Origin: an uncultured archaeon
Lineage (GTDB): Archaea > Thermoproteota > Bathyarchaeia > TCS64
Direction of reading: 5' to 3'
Assembly: GCA_965368285.1 (NCBI GenBank)
Contig: CBDUMJ010000001.1
Span: 1 to 29,892, forward strand
DNA: 29,892 bases
Shown here piece by piece: positions 7,911 through 14,998 of this stretch (positions within the stretch are counted from its first letter, which is position 1; each line of letters begins with the position of its first letter). The notes beneath the pieces were generated by a model. It was given only the letters and a program-made list of their open reading frames with translations. It did no database searches and was not told the origin of the DNA. Made by a program: the position numbers and the translations under genes.

Positions 7911-9047
7911 ATGCGTGGTAAGGTTCTAATCGCAGGTATAGACGGTTTTATAGGATTTGCATTAGCGCAAAATTTAGTAGCACACGGGTTCGAGGTTTAT
8001 GGTATCGACAACCTCTTCAGAAGGAAGGTCGCAACGTCCATAACCCCAATTGCGTCAGTAGAAGACAGGGTTCACACCCTATCAATTGGCTTCGAAGTCT
8101 GTGACGTAACTGATTGGCCCCACTTCTTAGACGTACTCCGCAGAGTCGATCCAGACGCTATTGTGTATTTAGCACATCAACCTAGTGCACCGTACTCTAT
8201 GAAGGACCGAGAGAGCTGCTTTGAAACTACGTTCACCAACACTATTGGACCTTTAAACCTTGTTTGGGCTCTGCGAGAATTAAAGATGGATGTACACGTT
8301 ATAGTAATCGGAACCTTAGGAGAGTACGCGGCGTCTAACATCCCTATTTCAGAAAAGGGACTGGAAGTTAGCTACGGACCGTTCAAGGAAGTCCTACCAT
8401 ACCCCCGTAGAGGAATCTCTTTCTATCACGATACAAAAATCTTAGGCTCTCTTTATCTGGAGTTAGCGTGCAACTGCTGGGGGTTAACAGTGACTGACGT
8501 GATGCAAGGTGTTGTCTTTGGTGTATTAACAGAGGAAATAGACGGGAAAGACGAACTCTTATTCACACGCTTTGACGCAGATGAACTGTTTGGGACTTAT
8601 CTCAATCGTCTATGCGCCGAAGCTGCAACTAAAGATGTCTCGTTAACCGTCTACGGTTCGGGGAATCAAAAGAGAGGCTTCCTGCCTTTAAGAGACTCCA
8701 TTCAGTGCCTTCGTTTGTTATTAGAGAACCCACCCAGACGTGGAGAGTATAGGCTAGTTAATCAGTTAATGGAAGTCTATAGGCTGGAAGACCTGGCTAG
8801 AACTGTTAAAAGAATTTCAATGGAGGAATTTGGTATTTTCACAAAGATGAAGTACTATCCCAATCCAAGAGTTGAAAGAGAAGACATTGACTTATACAAA
8901 GTAGAGAAAGGAATCTTAGACAGCCTTGGTTACAAGCCTTCAATTACTCTTGAAGAAGAAATCAAGAACACTATTGAAATTTGTATAAAATATCGTAAGA
9001 GGATTCCTAGAAAGCTATTGAAACCGCGTACTAGATGGCGCCCTTAA
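7911..9047 (+). CDS. sqdB: UDP-sulfoquinovose synthase (SQD1/SqdB/Agl3, extended SDR family)
   Basis: GIDGFIG Rossmann motif, DNLFRR, SITPIAS, QPSAPYSM, GTLGEY (catalytic Thr), FYHDTK (YxxxK), DVMQGVVFG, DELFGTYLNR, LTVYGSGNQKRG, NPRVE; colinear with SQD1 family signatures along the whole length. Confidence 0.9.
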   Translation: MRGKVLIAGIDGFIGFALAQNLVAHGFEVYGIDNLFRRKVATSITPIASVEDRVHTLSIGFEVCDVTDWPHFLDVLRRVDPDAIVYLAHQPSAPYSMKDRESCFETTFTNTIGPLNLVWALRELKMDVHVIVIGTLGEYAASNIPISEKGLEVSYGPFKEVLPYPRRGISFYHDTKILGSLYLELACNCWGLTVTDVMQGVVFGVLTEEIDGKDELLFTRFDADELFGTYLNRLCAEAATKDVSLTVYGSGNQKRGFLPLRDSIQCLRLLLENPPRRGEYRLVNQLMEVYRLEDLARTVKRISMEEFGIFTKMKYYPNPRVEREDIDLYKVEKGILDSLGYKPSITLEEEIKNTIEICIKYRKRIPRKLLKPRTRWRP

Positions 9048-9980
9048 CCAACGTTTTACACTGAATGAAACAGTACCCTCTTTTAACATACGCTTTACAG
9101 CGGGGGTTATCTCTAACTTTAGTTCACGTTCGAAGGCGCTCATTCGGTACCAAAACCTCTGGAACAAGCTAACTGGTATTTCCTTCTTCTTGACCAACTC
9201 CAAGGTGTCCTTATATAGCTTTTGCAGATTATCCGCTCCTTTACTCCATCTTTCTAAAACGTGCATGAGCATATCAGTTTCCCTCTCTTGCCCAGACTTA
9301 CGTATGTAGGGGATTAATCTCTGCATCTCTTTTACAAGCGACTTCCTACCGCTCTTAGTTGGATAATTCGCACCTAGTTTTGCATATGTGATAAAACTAC
9401 TCGGACCTGGCCTGACAATAAAAGCCTTCTGCCCACTCTCAACCAGTAAATTGTGATATATCTTTTGTAGGTGCTTTCCTGACATCTCTCTGCCAAATAT
9501 CTTGGGCCCAAAGACCACAGGCACTCTTGGAACCTGTGAACTCACCATCCATTTTGGAGATAAAGGTTCAAATGGGATTCTAATCCCCGCCTTATATAAC
9601 CTACGCATCCCACCTTCGGCAAATATGTAGTCCTTCCTAATCGCGAAGTCAGATAAATAGGAAACATCACCCATTGCGTTAGCAAGCTGGTGTATAGCCT
9701 TTGGGTGATGAGATGCCTCTCTAAAGACCTCAATAGTATTTTTGTACTTCTTATGCTTTATTTCGTTCCAGAGGTAATCAGGCAGAGTTTCTTTCAGAAA
9801 GACGTAACCATCACTGGTGAGCATAGACCTTCCCAGCTTATCCACCGTAATGGATCCAAAGTATAAGTTCAGAATATGTTGTAACGTCTTGGGATCTTTG
9901 ATTCTCCACGGCTCAAACTCCGATACATGTATCCAGAATAGTTTACCTTGCCTATTCCTAAGTGGTATAAACTCTAACAC
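9015..9980 (-). CDS. Hypothetical protein with degenerate GNAT-like segment
   Basis: 321-aa ORF; ESGQKAFIV...YAKLGANY aligns with RSGVDEVKV...FSMLGAEF of the neighbour; converges on sqdB with 33-bp overlap. Confidence 0.7.
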   Translation of the reverse strand: MLEFIPLRNRQGKLFWIHVSEFEPWRIKDPKTLQHILNLYFGSITVDKLGRSMLTSDGYVFLKETLPDYLWNEIKHKKYKNTIEVFREASHHPKAIHQLANAMGDVSYLSDFAIRKDYIFAEGGMRRLYKAGIRIPFEPLSPKWMVSSQVPRVPVVFGPKIFGREMSGKHLQKIYHNLLVESGQKAFIVRPGPSSFITYAKLGANYPTKSGRKSLVKEMQRLIPYIRKSGQERETDMLMHVLERWSKGADNLQKLYKDTLELVKKKEIPVSLFQRFWYRMSAFERELKLEITPAVKRMLKEGTVSFSVKRWLRAPSSTRFQ

Positions 9981-9981
9981 C

Positions 9982-10989
9982 TTAACCTCTCACCAAAAGG
10001 TCTAATAGCTTATTTCCCTTCATAGGGATTCTGTACTTGCTGACTCCCTTGCCGAATATTAACTCTAATAGCCTTTTGAAATCCTTATAAGTGCCAGGTG
10101 CCTCTCCAGTAGTGGGGAACCCCGGTCTTCTAGGGAACATTGTATCTCTAAATATTTCCAAAATCCTGGGTAAACTTTGCGTTTGTTCTTTCGATAGCGT
10201 TATCATGATTTTCTTTATTTGCCACTCACGGGCTAATTTCATTCCCTTTAACTTACTAATAGCCAGCGCAGTGAATAACTTCGCCTCTCTTGGATTCTCA
10301 AACTCCGCCCCCAGCATGCTAAATAACACATGATCCGCCTTTCCTCTGCCTGCTACCTTAACCTCATCTACTCCACTCCTCTTAAACACCCGCGCTACTC
10401 TTTTAGCCCAATCCACATCACCACCTCTAACCTTCTCCAACCTCCTGGGATACATCACCAACTTATCTTTTTCTTTCTCAATACTTCCTACAAAACCTAA
10501 TGAAACGTCACCTTTCCATATCTTGGCATCTAAATCTATATTACCTCCTTTCTTTAATTCGACCTTATGTACATCATACGAATCCAGTCCTATCATATTA
10601 GCAGCACACGCCATCGCCCCCGGCGCTTTACAGACCTCACTCAACCTAGCTCCTATCTTTCCTTCATAACTCAACGCACCTATTAAATCTTTCATTCCAA
10701 TCCTGAGAAAGCTTTTCCCACCTTCGTTTATCTTAGCACTTTGTCCTACCAATCTCATAGTATTCATCTCAATCAATCTTTTACCAGCATCACTCAGCTT
10801 TTCCTCTCTTAACCTTTCTAACGGGATTGGGATGTGTCTAAGCCTACCTTTGACTCTTTTAGTAATAAATGTAACAGGACGTCCTTTTTCATCAACCTTG
10901 ATCTCGTATGCTCTTTTTAACTCTTTGAAGAACAAGTATTTAGCTAGAGAATCGAAGAACCTATCTTCGTTTTTTACCTTTACAATCAT
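9982..10989 (-). CDS. Lys/Arg-rich hypothetical protein with FITxxxxGxxxxIPI motif and degenerate GNAT-like segment
   Basis: 335-aa ORF, strongly purine-rich coding strand; motifs read from the translation. Confidence 0.75.
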   Translation of the reverse strand: MIVKVKNEDRFFDSLAKYLFFKELKRAYEIKVDEKGRPVTFITKRVKGRLRHIPIPLERLREEKLSDAGKRLIEMNTMRLVGQSAKINEGGKSFLRIGMKDLIGALSYEGKIGARLSEVCKAPGAMACAANMIGLDSYDVHKVELKKGGNIDLDAKIWKGDVSLGFVGSIEKEKDKLVMYPRRLEKVRGGDVDWAKRVARVFKRSGVDEVKVAGRGKADHVLFSMLGAEFENPREAKLFTALAISKLKGMKLAREWQIKKIMITLSKEQTQSLPRILEIFRDTMFPRRPGFPTTGEAPGTYKDFKRLLELIFGKGVSKYRIPMKGNKLLDLLVRG

Positions 10990-11102
10990 ACCACACTTTT
11001 TCTATTTACTCATACCCAATGTCAAGTCTTACTCTTATGGAATTTTTACGTGCTTAACCGCTTCTACTCAAAAGTTGCTCAACCCTATAGGCGCCATTCG
11101 AC

Positions 11103-11122
11103 CTCAAACCCTTGATTTTATT
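11103..11122 (-). repeat. 20-bp element AATAAAATCAAGGGTTTGAG, inverted partner of 15387-15406
   Basis: 19/20 identical to 15387-15406; upstream AAAA(T)GCAC also shared. Confidence 0.75.
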
Positions 11123-11242
11123 GTGAACGTGCTTTTTGCCTGGTTACGGAATTGTGTGACTGGTAGTTTCTAAGCGCGCCAATTTGTTATTTATAAGCGT
11201 ACTATTTGGGCGTGACAACGTGACTTGGCCCCTTCTAACGCG

Positions 11243-11440
11243 ACGTGACTTTTCCAACAGCTCTCTTAACGCGTACTTAACACAGCTCGGTTAACGCGTA
11301 TTGGTTCCTTCCAACACAACACGACGTGAACGTGACTTTTCTAACAGCTCTCTTAACGTGTACTAGCACAGCTCTCTTAACGCGTACTGGTTCCTTTTCA
11401 ACATAACGTGACTTTTTCTAACAGCCCCCCAAACGCGTAC
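11243..11440. repeat. Nested direct repeats (iteron-like), candidate replication origin
   Basis: ACGTGACTTTT units at 11243, 11330, 11406; five copies of ACAGCTCTCTTAACGCGTACT-like 20-21-mers at 11257, 11282, 11344, 11368, 11421; located at the gene-strand switch. Confidence 0.8.
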
Positions 11441-11471
11441 TAAGCAAAAATATATTAAAATTAAATATATA

Positions 11472-11510
11472 AAATTTAGTAATATATTAAGTTAATATAT
11501 TACTAAATTT
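11472..11510. repeat. Perfect 19-bp inverted repeat with 1-nt spacer, AT-rich
   Basis: AAATTTAGTAATATATTAA-G-TTAATATATTACTAAATTT. Confidence 0.95.
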
Positions 11511-11517
11511 ACACGAA

Positions 11518-11563
11518 GGCCAAGGCCAGTAAATCTGGCCTAATCCAGGCCGGAAAGGAGGTG
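11518..11563 (+). promoter_or_regulatory. Structured leader element copy 1 + SD
   Basis: GGCC-AA-GGCCAG(TAAAT)CTGGCC-TAATCCA-GGCC-GGAAAGGAGGTG. Confidence 0.8.
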
Positions 11564-11569
11564 AAAACC

Positions 11570-11869
11570 ATGGCGAACCTGAAAGAACTCATCGGCAAGG
11601 CCCTACAGGAGCAAGGCCAGCAAGGCGGCGGGCACATCACTGCCATGCGCCAACTCCTGGGCAAAATCGAGCGCGAGCATGGCCGCGAGGTGATCAGGCA
11701 ACTCAGGCCCTCTGGGTTCCGCCTGATCTTCGCAGCAGTCCACCCTGACTTGGCAAAGAAGGTCGGGAACCAGCACGAGTACGCCTGCCAGCTGAACCAC
11801 TACAAGGCCAACAACGACTTCAAGTATGACAGGGTCAACAAGACTTGGATCGACACTAGGGCTAAATAA
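11570..11869 (+). CDS. Hypothetical protein, paralog of 16181-16516; GC-rich codon usage
   Basis: ATG 6 nt after SD (track GTG at 11561 lies inside the SD); LKELIGKAL...GHITAMRQL...LRPSGFR. Confidence 0.85.
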   Translation: MANLKELIGKALQEQGQQGGGHITAMRQLLGKIEREHGREVIRQLRPSGFRLIFAAVHPDLAKKVGNQHEYACQLNHYKANNDFKYDRVNKTWIDTRAK

Positions 11870-11870
11870 T

Positions 11871-11908
11871 CCCGCCCAGGGCCCCGGCGGGAAAAGGTAA
11901 AGGGGCCC
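11871..11908 (+). ncRNA. Predicted H-type RNA pseudoknot 1 (3' of the 11570 gene)
   Basis: S1 CCCGCC/GGCGGG, L1 CA, S2 GGGCCCC/GGGGCCC, L2 0 nt, L3 AAAAGGTAAA. Confidence 0.7.
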
Positions 11909-11940
11909 AGTAAAGAAATGACCCGTTCAGGGGATTGCGA

Positions 11941-11985
11941 CTGGCCCGGGCCCATCCAGGCCAATCTAGGGTCAGAAAGGAGGTG
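11941..11985 (+). promoter_or_regulatory. Structured leader element copy 2 + SD
   Basis: CTGGCCC-G-GGCC(CATCCA)GGCC-AATCTA-GGGTCAG-AAAGGAGGTG. Confidence 0.75.
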
Positions 11986-11992
11986 GAGGAAG

Positions 11993-12280
11993 ATGATGTT
12001 AAGGTTCATAGAGGCGGGTGATGGCCCCTTCGAGGGTACTCACGCCGTAGATATAGGTGTTGAGACCACACGAGGGGAGCGAATCAGCGCGCGGCTCTTC
12101 TTCGGCAAGAAGGGTTTCGCAATCGACAACCTGATCTATCAGAGAACCGCTGAGTCATCAAAAGTATGCGTCAAGAGCCTTAGTGATCTCGATTGCGCGT
12201 CCTTGGAAGCACGTGATTGGGTTGTGTCAATGTTCGGGATTGAGACTGGCATAGAAGAGGAGGTGGAGGAAGATGAATGA
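11993..12280 (+). CDS. Hypothetical acidic protein
   Basis: ATG after leader SD; track start 11918 reads through the leader element. Confidence 0.75.
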   Translation: MMLRFIEAGDGPFEGTHAVDIGVETTRGERISARLFFGKKGFAIDNLIYQRTAESSKVCVKSLSDLDCASLEARDWVVSMFGIETGIEEEVEEDE

Positions 12281-12446
12281 AGGCTTTAAAGTAGGTGATA
12301 GGGTTACTGTTGTAGACCACCCTGATGACCATTATAACGGGGTGGAAGGGGAAATCGTGTTCATTCACGGAGGTTCTTGTCTAGTGGAGAATGATACTAC
12401 AGTCTATGAACTGAGACTGGATTGGTTAAAGTCTAAAGAGGATTGA
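12273..12446 (+). CDS. Small KOW/SH3-like beta-barrel protein (57 aa, below the track cutoff)
   Basis: Own translation MNEGFKVGDRVTVVDHPDDHYNGVEGEIVFIHGGSCLVENDTTVYELRLDWLKSKED; GGAGG SD; overlaps upstream stop. Confidence 0.7.
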   Translation: MNEGFKVGDRVTVVDHPDDHYNGVEGEIVFIHGGSCLVENDTTVYELRLDWLKSKED

Positions 12447-12448
12447 GG

Positions 12449-12498
12449 CTGACCCAGGTACCCGCGCGGGTACCTAATCCAAGGTCAGGAAGGAGGTG
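12449..12498 (+). promoter_or_regulatory. Structured leader element copy 3 + SD
   Basis: CTGACC-CA-GGTACCC(GCGC)GGGTACC-TAATCCAA-GGTCAG-GAAGGAGGTG. Confidence 0.85.
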
Positions 12499-12506
12499 AA
12501 AGAGCT

Positions 12507-13031
12507 GTGGAGCGCCAGGAATACTTAATTCGAAAGAAAGACGGCAGAGAATTCAAAGTAATCGTCGAGCTGGAACCTGAGCCTACACCTGTAATGGAAC
12601 CTGACCTTACTGACCTGATCGAGGAAGCCTTAGAAAAGAAGGCTTCCAAGTCGAGGTGGCCACTGGGCCCTACACAAAAGATTCGGTTCAGAGGAAGGAC
12701 AAGGAGGATCATGCGGCTGCAGTACATACAGGCATTTGGAATCTGGGGTGCGTTGGAAGTACTAAACATGAGGCCGAAAGAGACACCGAAGGAAGAGTTG
12801 AACATCGACATGAAAGACCCGTTAGGAAAGCTGATCGCGGAAGCCCTTAAAGGAAAGAAAAGAGGGCGGCCGCGGAAGAAAGTGGAGTCGCGTGTTCTAC
12901 CGGGAACGAAGATTGGAGACATGTATCAGAAGTGGGGAGAATTCACGTGCGACTGGAAAGATAAACCGGACTCAGAAATAGACGTTGGGACGATGGAAGT
13001 GATAGAAAGTCTATTATACGGAAATGAATAA
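12507..13031 (+). CDS. Hypothetical protein with AT-hook-like KRGRPRKK motif
   Basis: GTG after SD; LTDLIEEALEKK and LGKLIAEALKGK resemble the N-termini of the 11570/16181 proteins. Confidence 0.75.
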   Translation: MERQEYLIRKKDGREFKVIVELEPEPTPVMEPDLTDLIEEALEKKASKSRWPLGPTQKIRFRGRTRRIMRLQYIQAFGIWGALEVLNMRPKETPKEELNIDMKDPLGKLIAEALKGKKRGRPRKKVESRVLPGTKIGDMYQKWGEFTCDWKDKPDSEIDVGTMEVIESLLYGNE

Positions 13032-13075
13032 CCGTTGTGGCTCCGGTAAAAGAATCTGAGCCACGGAGGGAGGTG
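13032..13075 (+). promoter_or_regulatory. Variant leader element (long outer stem, no inner hairpin) + SD
   Basis: GTGGCTC-CGGTAAAAG-AATCT-GAGCCAC-GGAGGGAGGTG. Confidence 0.55.
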
Positions 13076-13080
13076 AGGAG

Positions 13081-13341
13081 ATGAAGAGATGTAAGAAGTG
13101 TGGAAAACCGATTCCAGAATGGGTGGAGATATGCCCAGAGTGTGCACCTCTTCGCGTGGAAGAGGTGGTTGCGTCGGTTTTCTACATCAATGAAGATGGG
13201 GTCCAGAAGGTAGAGAACTTCACAGATGGGAGCGAAGATGGGTTGGAAGAAGCAGTAAAGTTCTTCGAGCAGTGCCCAGGGAGGGCCAGGTTGGTAGTAA
13301 AGGATCCAATTGAATCATGGAGACGAGTAAAGGAGAAGTGA
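13081..13341 (+). CDS. Zinc-ribbon protein
   Basis: N-terminal CKKC...CPEC; SD upstream. Confidence 0.8.
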   Translation: MKRCKKCGKPIPEWVEICPECAPLRVEEVVASVFYINEDGVQKVENFTDGSEDGLEEAVKFFEQCPGRARLVVKDPIESWRRVKEK

Positions 13342-13342
13342 G

Positions 13343-13600
13343 ATGCCGTATAGAGTACAGGAAGTCGGTTCCCCACTACGAGCCTATAACGGTACCTTGC
13401 TCTGTACTAGTACATTAGAAGAAGCAAGGGTGGTACAGGAGCAGTGGTATGGTGAAGATGTGGACCTCTATGAGGTTCACGGGTATGTAGTGGAAAGCTT
13501 CGAGGAAAAATACTGGTTGGATAACAATAATTTTGTGAAGGTAAGAGCGGTCCTACTCCGACCTAAAAGGATTATAAAGGTTGGAGTAGTGCCGATTTGA
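13343..13600 (+). CDS. Hypothetical protein (weak ADP-ribosyltransferase-fold pattern)
   Basis: ORF directly after the previous stop; YR...CTST...LYEV pattern. Confidence 0.7.
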   Translation: MPYRVQEVGSPLRAYNGTLLCTSTLEEARVVQEQWYGEDVDLYEVHGYVVESFEEKYWLDNNNFVKVRAVLLRPKRIIKVGVVPI

Positions 13601-13615
13601 AAGGAGGTGAAAAAG

Positions 13616-13732
13616 ATGTTAGAGAAATACCAAGAAATCGGTCCGGTAGTTGTAGGCGTTAAGAACGTGCATTACTTCATGGTTTGGTTCTTTAAGGGTC
13701 GCGCAACAGTAGTCGCGTTCTTAAAGAAGTAA
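13616..13732 (+). CDS. Small hydrophobic protein (38 aa, below the track cutoff)
   Basis: AAAGGAGGTGA SD; MLEKYQEIGPVVVGVKNVHYFMVWFFKGRATVVAFLKK; fills the gap up to the next leader. Confidence 0.65.
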   Translation: MLEKYQEIGPVVVGVKNVHYFMVWFFKGRATVVAFLKK

Positions 13733-13735
13733 GCA

Positions 13736-13778
13736 GCCCAGGACCAAGAGGTCCTAATCCAAGGCCAGAAAGGAGGTG
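13736..13778 (+). promoter_or_regulatory. Structured leader element copy 4 + SD
   Basis: GCC-CA-GGACC(AAGA)GGTCC-TAATCCAA-GGC-CAGAAAGGAGGTG. Confidence 0.85.
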
Positions 13779-13783
13779 AGGAG

Positions 13784-13975
13784 ATGAAGTCGAAAGTATT
13801 AAATGAAGTGATTCGCGTCGGGAACGTTTTAGAGAAAGCGGAGACGAGGCTGGAGCGGATAATAGATGAGGTTGACGACGCGAAAGCAAGGGAGTATCTT
13901 ACCGAAGCTCACGACAAAGTAGTGGAGGCGTGGGCGACGTTGGTAACATTAGTCACAGAAGAGAAAGCAAAGTAA
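13784..13975 (+). CDS. Small helical-hairpin (coiled-coil) protein
   Basis: ATG after leader SD; amphipathic heptads. Confidence 0.75.
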   Translation: MKSKVLNEVIRVGNVLEKAETRLERIIDEVDDAKAREYLTEAHDKVVEAWATLVTLVTEEKAK

Positions 13976-14016
13976 GCCTGGGCCAAAGGTCCTAATCTAA
14001 GGCTGGAAAGGAGGTG
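13975..14016 (+). promoter_or_regulatory. Structured leader element copy 5 + SD
   Basis: AGCCT-GGGCC(AAA)GGTCC-TAATCTA-AGGCT-GGAAAGGAGGTG. Confidence 0.85.
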
Positions 14017-14022
14017 GGTGTT

Positions 14023-14448
14023 GTGAGGTTGTTTACGACTGTACCATGTTCTATGATAAGTCTACAACAAATCCTGAAAGATGGAGTACCACCTGGTTCT
14101 GATACTGCTAACGGGCATGATGTTGTACTCGTTTCAGCAATTGAGTTCCCACTATTAAATGAACCTACTTGGGTAGTGGAGTTTGAGGTTGAGCCTACAG
14201 AAGTCTACTTTGATTGCGACGATGGTAGTGAAATAATAAATCAGCTTCCACTTGAGGAGCAAAAGATTGACTGGAGTGATAAACCGTTAGCTACAGTACT
14301 TAGTAAGTATAATGATGTTGAAGTACGTACTGGTTATGGGTTGTATGTCAAACGTGTAAAACCGGAACAGGTGAAGAGAGTGACGTTTCAGTTACATTTG
14401 GATTCGGATTTGAGTACAACACATATTAGAATGGACTTAACAGCCTAG
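14023..14448 (+). CDS. Hypothetical protein, possible ART/Tpt1-like fold
   Basis: Likely GTG start at 14023 (track GTG is inside the SD); RLFTT...LQQILKDGVPP, WVVEFEV, VKPEQVKRV. Confidence 0.7.
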   Translation: MRLFTTVPCSMISLQQILKDGVPPGSDTANGHDVVLVSAIEFPLLNEPTWVVEFEVEPTEVYFDCDDGSEIINQLPLEEQKIDWSDKPLATVLSKYNDVEVRTGYGLYVKRVKPEQVKRVTFQLHLDSDLSTTHIRMDLTA

Positions 14449-14486
14449 GACCAAAAAGGTCCTAATCTAAGGCTGGAAAGGAGGTG
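14441..14486 (+). promoter_or_regulatory. Structured leader element copy 6 + SD
   Basis: CAGCCT-A-GGACC(AAAAA)GGTCC-TAATCTA-AGGCTG-GAAAGGAGGTG; overlaps the upstream stop codon. Confidence 0.85.
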
Positions 14487-14491
14487 AGGGA

Positions 14492-14896
14492 ATGAAGCTC
14501 GATCTAGGTTCGGGACCAAAAGAATACTGGGTAGAGGACACCCCAGACTGGATCCATTTGGACTGCGAGAAGTATGACGGAGTCGTGGAGTGGAGGTGTC
14601 CTGATCGGATTCCGGTTGGGGATGAGTCTACCGATGAGGTTTACATAGGGCAACTATTGATAGCGTTAGACAAAATCGCGCGTGCGGAGTTGGCGCGCGA
14701 GTTAGATAGAGTATGTAAAGTTGGCGCGGTTTTACAGGTTCATTGTTATGGAGATGAAAGAAGTGGAGTTGGAGTATGGAGAGAGTTCTTCGATCTGCTA
14801 GAGTGTAGAGGATGGACATTAGTAAAGGAGGAACCGGTTAACAAATGGGAAAGAGGTTATACCTATATGATCAAACTAATAAAGAGACCCGCTTAG
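14492..14896 (+). CDS. Class I SAM-dependent methyltransferase-like protein
   Basis: KLDLGSG motif I, WIHLD, IPVGDESTDEVY, ELDRVCKVGAVLQV. Confidence 0.7.
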   Translation: MKLDLGSGPKEYWVEDTPDWIHLDCEKYDGVVEWRCPDRIPVGDESTDEVYIGQLLIALDKIARAELARELDRVCKVGAVLQVHCYGDERSGVGVWREFFDLLECRGWTLVKEEPVNKWERGYTYMIKLIKRPA

Positions 14897-14945
14897 AGGG
14901 GATTGAGCAGCGTTATATAGTTTCTATAAGGAACTATATACAATG

Positions 14946-14989
14946 GGCCTGGGACCAAAAGGTCCTAATCTAAGGCTGGAAAGGAGGTG
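14946..14989 (+). promoter_or_regulatory. Structured leader element copy 7 + SD
   Basis: GGCCT-G-GGACC(AAAA)GGTCC-TAATCTA-AGGCT-GGAAAGGAGGTG. Confidence 0.85.
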
Positions 14990-14998
14990 AGAGAGAAA

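Noticed and set aside
11243-11440. CRISPR array
   Set aside because: Repeats are nested and degenerate, and intervening sequences are themselves repeats rather than unique spacers of constant length; no cas genes.
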